Below are positions 42,542-52,691 of a DNA stretch of 64,000 nucleotides, piece by piece. The stretch comes from Planctomycetia bacterium (GTDB taxonomy: Bacteria > Planctomycetota > Planctomycetia > Pirellulales > UBA1268). The notes below the pieces were generated by a model. That model did not search any database. It had not been told where the DNA came from and worked only from the letters and a program-made list of their open reading frames with translations. Numbering within the stretch: position 1 is the stretch's first letter; each line of letters opens with the position of its first letter. Location of the stretch: contig JBKDMX010000046.1 of NCBI GenBank assembly GCA_046343855.1, positions 4,483 to 68,482 of the forward strand, given 5' to 3'. Position numbers and translations under genes: made by a program.

Positions 42542-43909
42542 ATGCCGGCGGACATGCCCCCCTTCAAGCCCGTCCTGCTCGAAGCCGTCGGCGTGCCCGA
42601 TGGCCACACGCTGGCCAGCTACAAGAGCCGCGGCGGCTACGCGCCGCTCGAAAAGCTGCTCCAGGAGAAGCAGCCGGGCGACGTCGTCGAGATGGTGAAG
42701 TCGTCGGGCCTGCGGGGCCGCGGCGGCGCCGGGTTTTCGACCGGCCTCAAGTGGACGTTCCTGCCGAAGGACCATCCGGGGCCGATCTACCTCTGCATCA
42801 ACGCCGACGAGAGCGAGCCCGGCACGTTCAACAACCGCATCCTCATGGAGGACGATCCCCACCAGGTGATCGAGGGGATCATCATCTCGGCCTACGCCAC
42901 CAAGGCATCGACGGCCTACCTCTACCTGCGCTACGAGTATCCGCACAGCTGGCATCGCCTGCAGGCGGCGATCGACGAGGCCTATGCGGCGGGCTACCTC
43001 GGGAAGAACATCAAAGGCAGCGGCTTCTCGCTCGACATCTATCTCCACCGCGGCGCCGCCGCCTACATCTGCGGCGAGGAGACGGGCCTCATCGAGAGCC
43101 TCGAGGGGAAGCGGGCCTGGCCGCGGATCAAGCCGCCGTTCCCGGCGATCGAGGGGCTCTTCCGCAAGCCGACGGTCGTCAATAACATTGAGACGATGGC
43201 CTGCGTGGCGCAGATCGCCCGCCGCGGCGTCGAGTGGTTCAAGTCAATCGGCGTGCCGGCCGACCCGAACAATCCCCGCGATCCCGGCTCCTACGGCCCG
43301 AAGCTGTACTGCCTGTCGGGCCACGTCGAGAAGCCCGGCTGCTACGAGGCGCCGCTCGGCATCACGGCGCGGCAGCTCATCGATGAATTCGGCGGCGGCG
43401 TCTGGAAGGGCCGCAAGGCCAAGGCGGTGATCCCCGGCGGCATCTCGATGGGCCTCATGACGGAGAGCGAGCTCGACACGCCGCTCGACTTCGCCGGGCC
43501 CGGCAAGGTGGGCTGCCTCGGCCTCGGCACGGCGGCCGTCGTCGTCATCGACGACCAGACGAGCATCGTCGACTTTCTCCACAACTCCTGCCGGTTCTTC
43601 GCCCACGAGTCGTGTGGCCAGTGCACGCCGTGCCGCGAGGGCACGAGCTGGTCGCTGCGGATGCTCGAGCGGATCAAGGCGGGCAAGGGGCGGCTCAAGG
43701 ATCTCGACCTCCTGCTCGAGCTCGGCCAGACGATGGGCATGATGCCCGGCAGCACGATCTGCGGACTGGCCGACGGCGCCGCCTGGCCGATCAAGAACGC
43801 GATCAAGAAATTCCGTGGCGAGTTCGAGGACTACATCAAGCGGACCAATCCGTCGGGCTGGATGGTCACCGAGCCCGTGCCCGCCCTCCAAATCGTGGAA
43901 GCTCATTGA
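42542..43909 (+). CDS. nuoF: NADH-quinone oxidoreductase subunit F
   Basis: ATG at 42542, just after the nuoE stop. GLRGRGGAGFSTG, INADESEPGTF, ESCGQCTPCREG. Confidence 0.95.
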   Translation: MPADMPPFKPVLLEAVGVPDGHTLASYKSRGGYAPLEKLLQEKQPGDVVEMVKSSGLRGRGGAGFSTGLKWTFLPKDHPGPIYLCINADESEPGTFNNRILMEDDPHQVIEGIIISAYATKASTAYLYLRYEYPHSWHRLQAAIDEAYAAGYLGKNIKGSGFSLDIYLHRGAAAYICGEETGLIESLEGKRAWPRIKPPFPAIEGLFRKPTVVNNIETMACVAQIARRGVEWFKSIGVPADPNNPRDPGSYGPKLYCLSGHVEKPGCYEAPLGITARQLIDEFGGGVWKGRKAKAVIPGGISMGLMTESELDTPLDFAGPGKVGCLGLGTAAVVVIDDQTSIVDFLHNSCRFFAHESCGQCTPCREGTSWSLRMLERIKAGKGRLKDLDLLLELGQTMGMMPGSTICGLADGAAWPIKNAIKKFRGEFEDYIKRTNPSGWMVTEPVPALQIVEAH

Positions 43910-45573
43910 TGCCCACAGTCATCGTTGACGGACAAGAGATCGAGATCGGCGCCGACGAGCGGCTCAACTGCATCGAGGCCGCGCGGCGGGCCGGCAAGGA
44001 GATTCCGCACTATTGCTGGCACCCGGGGCTGTCGGTCGTGGCCAGCTGCCGGATGTGCCTGATCGAGACGGGGCAGCGCGACGCCGCCACCGGCAAGATC
44101 ACGATGGTGCCGAAGCTCGTGCCTGGCTGCCAGACGCCGGTCAAGGACGGCACCGTGATCGTCACCGAGAGCGACCTCGTGCGAGACAGCCGCGCTCGCG
44201 TGGAAGAGGCGCTGCTCATCGACCACCCGATCGACTGCCCGATCTGCGACAAGGCGGGCGAGTGCCTCCTGCAGGACTACCACTTCGAGCACGGCCAGGC
44301 GGAGCGGCGGGCCGACCTGCAGCCCTTCACCAGCCGGCGCCGCGACGTCGGCCCGACCGTCACGCTCTTCGTCGACCGCTGCATCATGTGCACTCGCTGC
44401 GTGCGGTTTACCCGCGAGGTGTCCGGCACGAGCGAGCTGATGGTCACCTCCCGTGGCGCCAAGGAAGAAATCGACGTCTTCCCGGGCTTCCCGCTCGACA
44501 ACAAGCTCGCCGGCAACGTCGTCGATCTCTGCCCGGTCGGCGCGCTCGGCGACAAGGACTTCCTCTACCAGCAGCGGGTCTGGTTTCTGAAACGCGAGGC
44601 GAATGTCTGCGGCGGCTGCTCGGCCGGCTGCTCGATCTACACCGAGCACAACCAGGACACCGTCTACCGGCTCAAGCCCCGCGAGAACATGCACGTCAAC
44701 AAGTGGTGGATCTGCGACGAGGGCCGCTACGGCTGGCACCACCTCCACGATCCGTCGCGGCTCCTCGCAGCGGGTCGCCGCGAGGAATCCTCCCGCCGCC
44801 AGGCCGCGCCGACCTTCGCGGCGGTCGAGTGGGCCGATGTCGTCACCAGGCTTCGCGACGACCTCAAGACCGCTGGCCGGCTGGCCGTGGCGGTCTCGCC
44901 GATGCTCACGGTCGAGGAGGCCTGGATGCTCTGCGCCGTCGCGCGGTCGATCGACCCGCAGGCCTATCTCGCCGTCGGCCACGTGCCGACAAGCGAGGCC
45001 GACGAAACGTTCCCCGGCGGCTTTACGATCCGCGCCGAGAAATGCCCCAACCGCCTCGGCGTGGAGGGCGTGATCGCGCTGTTCGATCCGGCCGTGCACG
45101 GCTGGGACGACCTCGTGGCGCACGTCCGCGCGGGCAACGCCGACGCGGCCTGGGTCACCGCGGGGTATGCCATCACGACCGGCTCCCCGGGTATTGAAGG
45201 AACATCGTGGATCGACGCCGACACCGCCGCGGCGTTCGCCGAACTCACGTGCCTCGTCGTGCAGGATCTCTTCGATTCGCCACTGGCGAAACTCGCCACC
45301 TGGCGGCTCCCGGCCGCCGGGTTCGCCGAGCGTGGCGGCACATGGGTAAACGTCGCCCACCGCGCGCAGAGCTTCGCGCAGGCGATCAAGCCGCCCGCCG
45401 GCGTCTGGCCCGAGGGGCGGCTCTTCTGGAACATGCTCGGCCGCCGCGGGCTCTACGACGGCGTCGCGGTCCGCCGCCAGATCGCCGAATCGTCGGCGGC
45501 CTTCGCAGCGCTCGCCGGCGAGATCCCCGCCACGGGCGTCGACCTCCGACTCCAGCAACTGGCCTCCACATGA
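43909..45573 (+). CDS. nuoG: NADH-quinone oxidoreductase subunit G (short form)
   Basis: ATG at 43909 (TGATG overlap). CWHPGLSVVASCRMC, HPIDCPICDKAGEC, RCIMCTRCVRF. Confidence 0.92.
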   Translation: MPTVIVDGQEIEIGADERLNCIEAARRAGKEIPHYCWHPGLSVVASCRMCLIETGQRDAATGKITMVPKLVPGCQTPVKDGTVIVTESDLVRDSRARVEEALLIDHPIDCPICDKAGECLLQDYHFEHGQAERRADLQPFTSRRRDVGPTVTLFVDRCIMCTRCVRFTREVSGTSELMVTSRGAKEEIDVFPGFPLDNKLAGNVVDLCPVGALGDKDFLYQQRVWFLKREANVCGGCSAGCSIYTEHNQDTVYRLKPRENMHVNKWWICDEGRYGWHHLHDPSRLLAAGRREESSRRQAAPTFAAVEWADVVTRLRDDLKTAGRLAVAVSPMLTVEEAWMLCAVARSIDPQAYLAVGHVPTSEADETFPGGFTIRAEKCPNRLGVEGVIALFDPAVHGWDDLVAHVRAGNADAAWVTAGYAITTGSPGIEGTSWIDADTAAAFAELTCLVVQDLFDSPLAKLATWRLPAAGFAERGGTWVNVAHRAQSFAQAIKPPAGVWPEGRLFWNMLGRRGLYDGVAVRRQIAESSAAFAALAGEIPATGVDLRLQQLAST

Positions 45574-46856
45574 CCGCCTACCTCCCCTCCCTTGAAACGA
45601 TCGCCGCCCTCGTGAAGATCGGCCTGCTCGTCGGCGGGCTGATGACGGCGGCCGCCTACCTCGTGCTCCTCGAGCGGTGGATCGCCGCCTGGGTGCAGGA
45701 TCGCCGCGGGCCGAACCGCGTGGGCATTCCGCTCACGAAGATCCGGCTCTTCGGCCTGGGCCAGCCGCTCGCCGACGGCCTCAAGATCATCCTCAAGGAA
45801 GACTTCACGCCGAAGCACGTCGACAAGGTGCTCTACAACGCGGCGCCGCTCGTCATTCTCGCCGCGTCGCTGGCGATCTTCGCGGCGATCCCGTTCGGCA
45901 GCGTGTTGCCTCCGCTCAATATTCCCGGCCTGCCCGACCCGGTGCCCTTTCTCGTGGCGCCGGGCCTCGACGTGGGCGTGCTCTGGGTCTTCGCCCTCTC
46001 GAGCATCGCCGTCTACGGCGTGCTCCTCGGCGGCTGGGCGAGCAACAACAAATACGGCTTCTTGGGCGGCCTGCGGAGCAGCGCCCAACTCGTGGCCTAC
46101 GAGATCCCGCTCGGCCTCGGCCTGCTCGGCGTCGTGCTCGCGGCCGGCTCGCTCAAGCTCGACGCGATCATGAACGCCCAGGCCCAGAGCGGCGTCTGGT
46201 ATGCCTTCGCGCAGCCGCTCGGATTTCTCGTCTTCATGGTGGCGAGCTTCGCCGAGGCGGCGCGGTTGCCGTTCGATCTTCCCGAGGCGGAGCAGGAGCT
46301 CGTCGGCGGTTATCACACGGAGTATTCGGGGATCAAGCTGCTCCTGTTTCTCGTCTCCGAGTTTCTCCACATGATCACGGCGGCGTTTTTGATCGTGATC
46401 ATGTTCCTCGGCGGCTGGCACCTCTGGGGCGTGACGGGCGCCGGACAGGAGGTGACGTGGGCCGGGGCCCTGCTCCGGTTCGGTGTCCTTTCGGCGAAGA
46501 TCCTCGCCGTCATCGTCTTCTTCATGCTCGTCCGCTGGAGCTGGCCGAGGTTTCGGTTCGACCAGCTCATGAGCCTCGCCTGGAAGGTGATGCTGCCGCT
46601 GGGCCTCGCCAATCTCGTGACGGTGGCCGCGGTGGAGGAGTTTCGCCCGCAGCTCGTCGCCGCGCTCGGCGAAAGCTGGGCGACGTGCGCGGCGATCGCC
46701 GCGCCCTGGGCCGTCTTCTTCGTCGGCTGGATCGCATCCGGCATCCTCACTCCATCCGGCACCGACAACCGGCCGATCCTCACGCACGGCCCGCTCGACA
46801 TCGAACACGAACTCCTACACGGAACCAGCGAGCACGAACTGGCAGGCACCCGATGA
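45570..46856 (+). CDS. nuoH: NADH-quinone oxidoreductase subunit H (with C-terminal extension)
   Basis: ATG at 45570 (ATGA overlap). QDRRGPNRVG, PFDLPEAEQELVGGYHTEYSG. Confidence 0.93.
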   Translation: MTAYLPSLETIAALVKIGLLVGGLMTAAAYLVLLERWIAAWVQDRRGPNRVGIPLTKIRLFGLGQPLADGLKIILKEDFTPKHVDKVLYNAAPLVILAASLAIFAAIPFGSVLPPLNIPGLPDPVPFLVAPGLDVGVLWVFALSSIAVYGVLLGGWASNNKYGFLGGLRSSAQLVAYEIPLGLGLLGVVLAAGSLKLDAIMNAQAQSGVWYAFAQPLGFLVFMVASFAEAARLPFDLPEAEQELVGGYHTEYSGIKLLLFLVSEFLHMITAAFLIVIMFLGGWHLWGVTGAGQEVTWAGALLRFGVLSAKILAVIVFFMLVRWSWPRFRFDQLMSLAWKVMLPLGLANLVTVAAVEEFRPQLVAALGESWATCAAIAAPWAVFFVGWIASGILTPSGTDNRPILTHGPLDIEHELLHGTSEHELAGTR

Positions 46857-47386
46857 AACCATCCGATCCCGGCATCACGTGGCTGGAAGAAAAGCCTCTC
46901 GGGCTCACCGAGCGGCTCTACCTGCCGCTCTTTCTCCAGGGCCTCACGACCACCGCCCGGCACATGGTGAGCCCGAAGGTCACGGTGAATTTCCCCGAGC
47001 AGCGGCCCGCCGTGGGCAACCCGCTCATCTACCGCGGCGTGCACCGGCTCAACCGCGACGACGAGGGCCGCGTGAAGTGCGTCGCCTGCTTTCTCTGCGC
47101 GACGGCCTGCCCCGCCCACTGCATCGACATCGTCGCCACCGAGAGCCCCTGGCCCGACCGCGAAAAGTATCCCGAGAGCTTCCAGATCGACGAGCTGCGG
47201 TGCATCTTCTGCGGCATGTGCGAAGAGGCCTGCCCGGTCGATGCGATCGAGCTCACGAGCCTGCTCGATCTCACCGGCAAGAGCCGCGAGGAGATGATCT
47301 TCGACAAGGAGAAGCTGCTGAGCGTCTACGACATGACGAAAGATGCCGAGCCGATGAAGTCGGCGTCGCTGGGAGGCACGCTGTGA
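46853..47386 (+). CDS. nuoI: NADH-quinone oxidoreductase subunit I
   Basis: ATG at 46853 (ATGA overlap). Two 4Fe-4S motifs: CVACFLCATACP and CIFCGMCEEACP. Confidence 0.95.
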   Translation: MKPSDPGITWLEEKPLGLTERLYLPLFLQGLTTTARHMVSPKVTVNFPEQRPAVGNPLIYRGVHRLNRDDEGRVKCVACFLCATACPAHCIDIVATESPWPDREKYPESFQIDELRCIFCGMCEEACPVDAIELTSLLDLTGKSREEMIFDKEKLLSVYDMTKDAEPMKSASLGGTL

Positions 47387-48195
47387 ATCCGGCCCTGCCC
47401 GCGCTCTCCCCCGGCCTGATCCTGGCCGGCGCCGTCACTGCCGCCGCCGCGAGCCTCTGGCTGCTCCTGCCACGCGGCAGTGAGTCGCCCGCCGCCCGGT
47501 GGCTCGGCCTCCTGCTCGGCGCCGCGGCGCTCGCCGGCTTCGTGGCCACGGGCCGCCGGCTCGGCGGCCTCGGCGAGGAATCGGTGTTTCTCATCGTCTC
47601 GCTCGTTGCGATCGTGTCGGGCGCGGCGACGATCGTCACGCGGTCCCCCGTCTACTCGGCGATCTGGTTTGCACTCGCGCTGGCGGGCGTGGCGGGTGTC
47701 TTGCTCGTGCTCGGCGCACAGTTTCTGGGCGTCGCCACGATCGTGGTGTATGCCGGTGCGATCCTCGTGATGTTTCTCTTCGTGCTCATGCTCGCGCAGC
47801 CGTCGGGGCTCGCCCCGTACGACCGCGTGTCGAGCGAGCCACTGCTTTCGGCCGTGGCCGGCGCGATCCTCCTCGGCCTGCTCACGCTCGCGATCGGCCG
47901 GCTCTCGACGGAGCCCTCGCTCTGCTGTGCCGTGCCCTCGCGATCAGCGGCGGTGACGGCCACCCCACCCGGTGCGTCGACCGCGAATGACGCCGCCGTG
48001 GTCGCGGTCGACCCGCTCGCGAAGGATCAGGTCGCCCGCCTCGGCGCCGAACTCTTCGGCCGCCACCTCCTCGCCGTCGAGGTCGCGGGCGTGCTCCTGC
48101 TCGCCGCCCTGATCGGAGCGATCGCGGTCGTCTCACGGGGCGAAGCCGCCCTGGAGGAAGACCGCCGGACGGCGATCGGGAGGGCCACGCGATGA
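47383..48195 (+). CDS. nuoJ: NADH-quinone oxidoreductase subunit J (extended)
   Basis: GTG at 47383 overlapping the nuoI stop (GTGA). VYSAIWFALALAG...QFLGVATIVVYAGAILVMFLFV. Confidence 0.85.
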   Translation: MNPALPALSPGLILAGAVTAAAASLWLLLPRGSESPAARWLGLLLGAAALAGFVATGRRLGGLGEESVFLIVSLVAIVSGAATIVTRSPVYSAIWFALALAGVAGVLLVLGAQFLGVATIVVYAGAILVMFLFVLMLAQPSGLAPYDRVSSEPLLSAVAGAILLGLLTLAIGRLSTEPSLCCAVPSRSAAVTATPPGASTANDAAVVAVDPLAKDQVARLGAELFGRHLLAVEVAGVLLLAALIGAIAVVSRGEAALEEDRRTAIGRATR

Positions 48196-48665
48196 TGCCG
48201 CTCGCCGCACCCCTGTTGGCCGCCACCTCGATGGCCCTCCTGCAAAACGCGCTCATCGTCGGCGCGATCCTCTTCGCGCTCGGGCTCGTCGGCATCCTCA
48301 CCCGGCGCAACCTGATCGTGATGTTTCTCTCCGCGGAGCTCATGCTGCAGGGCATCTCCGTGAGCCTCGTCGCCTGGAGCCGCCACCACGGCGACTGGGG
48401 CGGGCAGGTGCTCGTGATCTTCGTCCTCACCGTCGCGGCCTGCGAGGCGGCCGTCGCGCTCGTCTTCGTGCTGCAGGCGTTCGCCCGCACCGGCCGGCTC
48501 GATGCGGCCGCCTGGCAGGCGCTCCGCGAAGCGATTCTCGTGCGGTCGGTCGACCGCGAGCTGCCCCCGTCCGACGCCGCGGCGGCCTCGTGGCCGCGGC
48601 TCACGCCCGCGGGTGTGCTGCCGGAGCGCACGGCCGACACTCCGCTCGAGCGCGAGCACGTCTAA
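48192..48665 (+). CDS. nuoK: NADH-quinone oxidoreductase subunit K (with ~50-aa C-terminal extension)
   Basis: ATG at 48192 (ATGA overlap). RRNLIVMFLSAELMLQG, TVAACEAAVAL. Confidence 0.9.
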   Translation: MMPLAAPLLAATSMALLQNALIVGAILFALGLVGILTRRNLIVMFLSAELMLQGISVSLVAWSRHHGDWGGQVLVIFVLTVAACEAAVALVFVLQAFARTGRLDAAAWQALREAILVRSVDRELPPSDAAAASWPRLTPAGVLPERTADTPLEREHV

Positions 48666-48689
48666 CCCGTCTTCCACTCTCTCCGAACC

Positions 48690-50915
48690 ATGCCGCCACT
48701 CTCCCCCGCCACGCTCCTCGTTCTCGTGCCGCTCTTGCCGCTCGTGGGCGCGATCCTCACGATCCTGCTCGGTCGGGTGCTCGGCTCACGGGCGCACCTG
48801 CCGGCCATCGCGGGCATCGCGGCCGCGGCCGGCGCCGCCGTGATGCTGCTGTTGGCGACGGCCAACCAGGTGGGCAGCCCGCACGGCTCGCATCAGGAGC
48901 CGATCCGTCCGGTCGAGATGATCTCGACGCTCTGGCAGTGGGCGACGGTGGACGAGGCCTACACCCCCGCTGCCGACAGCGCCGCGGCCATCCCCGGCAC
49001 CGCGGTGAGTCGCCAGCCCTCCGATGCGCGTTCCTTCTCGATCCCGGTGGCGCTGCGGCTCGATCCACTCACCGCCACGATGCTCACGATCATCACCTGC
49101 GTGGGCCTGCTCGTGGCGATCTATTCCGTGGGCTACATGCACGACGATCCCGGTTACCCGCGGTTCTTCGCGCTCGTGTCGATGTTCGTCTTCTCGATGG
49201 CGATGCTCGTGGCGGCGAGCAATTTCCTGATCGTCTATGTCTTCTGGGAGGCGGTGGGCGCCTGCAGCTACCTGCTGATCGGCTTCTGGTTTCGGAAGCC
49301 CGAGGCGGCCCGGGCGGCGAAGAAGGCGTTTCTCGTCAACCGCGTCGGCGACTTCGGGCTGGCCATCGCCACGTTCCTGCTCTGGATGACCTACGGCACG
49401 CTTGACTTCCACGACACGCTCTCCCCCGACGGCACGATTCTTCCCGGCATCCTCGGGCAGACCCGCCTCGCCGACGCAGCCGGCATCGTGGGCGGCGTGG
49501 TGGGCACCGCGATCTGCCTGCTCTTGCTTTTGGCCGCCTGCGGCAAGAGCGCTCAGCTGCCGCTGCACGTCTGGCTGCCCGACGCGATGGAAGGCCCCAC
49601 GCCGGCCAGCGCCCTGATCCACGCCGCCACGATGGTCACGGCGGGCATCTATTTGATCACCCGCTGTGCGCCGCTCTTTGTGGCCTGCCCCGGCGCCCTG
49701 TCGGCCGTGTCGATCGTCGGTGGCACGACGGCCCTCGTCGCGGCGCTCATCGCCACGGTGCAGAACGACCTCAAGCGGGTGCTCGCCTATTCCACGATCA
49801 GTCAGCTCGGCTACATGTTTGCGAGCCTCGGCACCGGCACGATGCTCGGCTTCACGGCGGCGATCTTCCACCTCGTGACCCACGCCTTCTTCAAGGCGCT
49901 CCTCTTCATGGGTGCAGGCTCCGTGATGCACGCGATGGGGGGCGTGATCGACATGCGGCGGTTCGGCGGCCTGCGACGCGTCATGCCGATCACCGCGGCC
50001 ACGTTCTTGATCGGTTCGCTCGCGCTCGCCGGCGTCGCACCGTTTGCAGGCTTCTTCAGCAAGGATGAAATCCTCGCCACGCTCCACTCCCGCGGCTGGC
50101 CCGACGCCCATTCCGAACACCACGACGCGGCGGCGAGCCCCGCCGTGGCCGCCGCCGTACGACAGGCCTCCGTGCCTGTCTTATTTGCCGCGCATTCACA
50201 AACCGCGTCGCAGCCCCTTTCCACCCTCGACACGCCCGCAACGTTTCGCACGCTCTTCTGGATGGCGCTCGTCACCGCGGGGCTCACGGCCTTCTACACG
50301 TTTCGCGCCGTCTTCATGACGTTCACCGGCCCCACGCGGGTGCCGGAGGAGGCGGGGCACCATGCCCACGAATCCCCGCCGGTGATGACGCTCCCGCTGG
50401 TGATCCTCGCCGTGCCGTCGGCCCTCGCCGGCTGGTGGCTCTTCAGCACCAACTGGCTGGCCCACTTCCTCTCCGCGACGCCCTCGCTCACCGCTCCTTC
50501 CGTGGCGAAGACGGCGGCTCCACACGTCTTCCACATGGATCTCGCGATCCAGGGCTCGCTGGCCGCGGCGATCGGGATCGTGATCGCCGCGATCGGCCAC
50601 CTCGGTCGCCGCAGCGACGCCCCGCAGATGGAGCGTTTCCTCGGGCCGCTCCAGACGGTCTTCGCCAACAAGTTCTACTTCGACCAGCTCTATTCCGCGC
50701 TCGTCGTGCGGCCGCTCGAGGCGCTGGCGATGGTCGCGGCGCTCATCGACCGCTACGTGATCGACGGCCTCGTCAATGGCGTCGCCACGATCCCCGTCGT
50801 GCTCGGCGGCATCGTCCGCCGCCTGCAGTCGGGGCTCGTGCAGCGATATGCTCTGGCCGGCGTCATGGGTGTGCTCATGATCGTCCTCGCCCTCGCCTGG
50901 CAGCTCCGCGGCTGA
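48690..50915 (+). CDS. nuoL: NADH-quinone oxidoreductase subunit L (741 aa, with loop insertion carrying a family D hairpin)
   Basis: WEAVGACSYLLIGFW, KSAQLPLHVWLPDAMEGPTP, GFFSKDEIL. Confidence 0.93.
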   Translation: MPPLSPATLLVLVPLLPLVGAILTILLGRVLGSRAHLPAIAGIAAAAGAAVMLLLATANQVGSPHGSHQEPIRPVEMISTLWQWATVDEAYTPAADSAAAIPGTAVSRQPSDARSFSIPVALRLDPLTATMLTIITCVGLLVAIYSVGYMHDDPGYPRFFALVSMFVFSMAMLVAASNFLIVYVFWEAVGACSYLLIGFWFRKPEAARAAKKAFLVNRVGDFGLAIATFLLWMTYGTLDFHDTLSPDGTILPGILGQTRLADAAGIVGGVVGTAICLLLLLAACGKSAQLPLHVWLPDAMEGPTPASALIHAATMVTAGIYLITRCAPLFVACPGALSAVSIVGGTTALVAALIATVQNDLKRVLAYSTISQLGYMFASLGTGTMLGFTAAIFHLVTHAFFKALLFMGAGSVMHAMGGVIDMRRFGGLRRVMPITAATFLIGSLALAGVAPFAGFFSKDEILATLHSRGWPDAHSEHHDAAASPAVAAAVRQASVPVLFAAHSQTASQPLSTLDTPATFRTLFWMALVTAGLTAFYTFRAVFMTFTGPTRVPEEAGHHAHESPPVMTLPLVILAVPSALAGWWLFSTNWLAHFLSATPSLTAPSVAKTAAPHVFHMDLAIQGSLAAAIGIVIAAIGHLGRRSDAPQMERFLGPLQTVFANKFYFDQLYSALVVRPLEALAMVAALIDRYVIDGLVNGVATIPVVLGGIVRRLQSGLVQRYALAGVMGVLMIVLALAWQLRG
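50157..50180. repeat. family D hairpin inside the nuoL reading frame
   Basis: GTACGACAGGCCTCCGTGCCTGTC, translated in frame as VRQASVPV. Confidence 0.8.
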
Positions 50916-50952
50916 GAAACACACCACTCCCCTCCACCCCCACGCTCCATCC

Positions 50953-52677
50953 ATGAACGGCCCTTCCCCCGGCATGCATCTGCTCCTCACGATCGTCACT
51001 CCCCTGGTCGGGGCGGTCGTGGCCTGGCTGCTCGGCAGCCGCGGCCGCCATGCCGTGCGGCAGAGCGCGGTCGTCACCGCGCTGATCACGCTCACGCTCG
51101 CCGGCTGGCTCGTCGTCCGCTATCTGCAGAGCCCCGAGGCGGCCGTCGGCGAGCCCTATGCCGTGATCTCGGCCCCGTGGCTCGTCGATGGCGCGTTCAA
51201 CGTGCAGCTGTCGCTCGGGCTCGACGGGCTGTCGCTCTGGCTCTTCGGCCTGTCGGCCCTGCTCTCGCTGACGGCCGTGCTGGTCTCCTGGGAGGCGGTC
51301 GAGGAGCGGCCCGTCGGCTTCTACGTGCTGCTGCTCGTGCTCGAGGCGGCGATGCTCGGCGTCTTCGCCGCTCGCGACGTGATTCTTTTCTACGTGTTCT
51401 TCGAGTTCACGCTCGTGCCGCTCTTCTTCCTGATTGGCATCTGGGGGCACGACGACCGCCGCAAGGCCGCGATCAAGTTCTTCCTCTACACGCTCGCCGG
51501 CAGCGTGCTCACGTTCCTCGGCCTGCTCACGATCGTCCTCTGGAACGCCGCCCACACCGGCACCGTCACGTTCGACATCGCCGCGCTCACGGCGGGCCTC
51601 GCCGCCCATCCGCTGCCGATGTCGGCCCAGGGGGGCTGGCTGCAGATGATCGTCTTCTTCGCGCTCTTCATCGGCTTCGCGATCAAGGTGCCGATCGTCC
51701 CCTTCCACACCTGGCTGCCGCTGGCGCACGTCGAGGCGCCGACGGGGGGCAGCGTGGATCTCGCCGGCATCCTGCTCAAGCTCGGCATCTACGGCTTCCT
51801 CCGGTTTTCGCTGCCAATGCTGCCCGACGCAGCGGCGGTGGCGGCCCCCTGGCTCTTCGGTCTGGGTGTCGCGGGGATCATCTACGGGGCGCTCGTGGCC
51901 CTGGTGCAGACCGACCTCAAGCGGCTGATCGCCTATTCGTCGGTGAGCCACATGGGCTACTGCGTCATGGGTCTCTTCGCGCTCGAGCCGGTTGCGGTCG
52001 AGGGTGCGACGCTGCAACTCGTGAACCACGGCCTGTCCGCGGCCGGCCTGTTCGCGATGGTCGGCATGATCTACGAGCGGTTCCACACGCGGTCGATCGC
52101 GAATCTCGGCGGCATCGCCAGCCGCGCCCCCTGGCTCGCCGTGCTCTTCATGCTCTTCACGTTCTCGAGCATCGGCCTGCCGGGGCTCAATGGCTTCGTC
52201 GGCGAGTTCATGATCCTCGCCGGCTCGTTCCAGCGGGCCTGGGGAGGCGTGTCGCCCGAGTGGCAGTTTGCCTATCTCACGATGGCAGTCCTCGCCGTCG
52301 CGGGTGTCGTGCTCGGCGCCTGGTACATGCTCTGGGCGGTCGAGCGGGTGCTCTTCGGCCCGTCGCGGCAGCCGCCCGGCCATGCCTCCGTCCACGCGGC
52401 CCACTCCCCAAGCGACCACGCCGGCCATGCCCATGGCGGCCACGGTCACTCGAGCCACGAGCCGGCCGGCGATTCCTGCGACCTCCGTTGGTATGAGCTC
52501 GCTGCGGTGCTGCCGCTGGCGGTGTTCGCGCTCTGGATCGGCCTCGTGCCATCGATGTTCCTCAAGCCTTCGGCCGCAGCCGTCCGTTCGGCCACGGCTC
52601 GGAGCGCCGCCGCCTTCGACGAGCGGATGGAGGGCCCCGCGGCCTCCGCCGCCGACAAGGTCGTCCACCTCCCCTGA
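50953..52677 (+). CDS. nuoM: NADH-quinone oxidoreductase subunit M
   Basis: FYVFFEFTLVPLFFLIGIWG, KVPIVPFHTWLPLAHVEAPT. Confidence 0.93.
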   Translation: MNGPSPGMHLLLTIVTPLVGAVVAWLLGSRGRHAVRQSAVVTALITLTLAGWLVVRYLQSPEAAVGEPYAVISAPWLVDGAFNVQLSLGLDGLSLWLFGLSALLSLTAVLVSWEAVEERPVGFYVLLLVLEAAMLGVFAARDVILFYVFFEFTLVPLFFLIGIWGHDDRRKAAIKFFLYTLAGSVLTFLGLLTIVLWNAAHTGTVTFDIAALTAGLAAHPLPMSAQGGWLQMIVFFALFIGFAIKVPIVPFHTWLPLAHVEAPTGGSVDLAGILLKLGIYGFLRFSLPMLPDAAAVAAPWLFGLGVAGIIYGALVALVQTDLKRLIAYSSVSHMGYCVMGLFALEPVAVEGATLQLVNHGLSAAGLFAMVGMIYERFHTRSIANLGGIASRAPWLAVLFMLFTFSSIGLPGLNGFVGEFMILAGSFQRAWGGVSPEWQFAYLTMAVLAVAGVVLGAWYMLWAVERVLFGPSRQPPGHASVHAAHSPSDHAGHAHGGHGHSSHEPAGDSCDLRWYELAAVLPLAVFALWIGLVPSMFLKPSAAAVRSATARSAAAFDERMEGPAASAADKVVHLP

Positions 52678-52691
52678 CTCATTCGCCCGCC

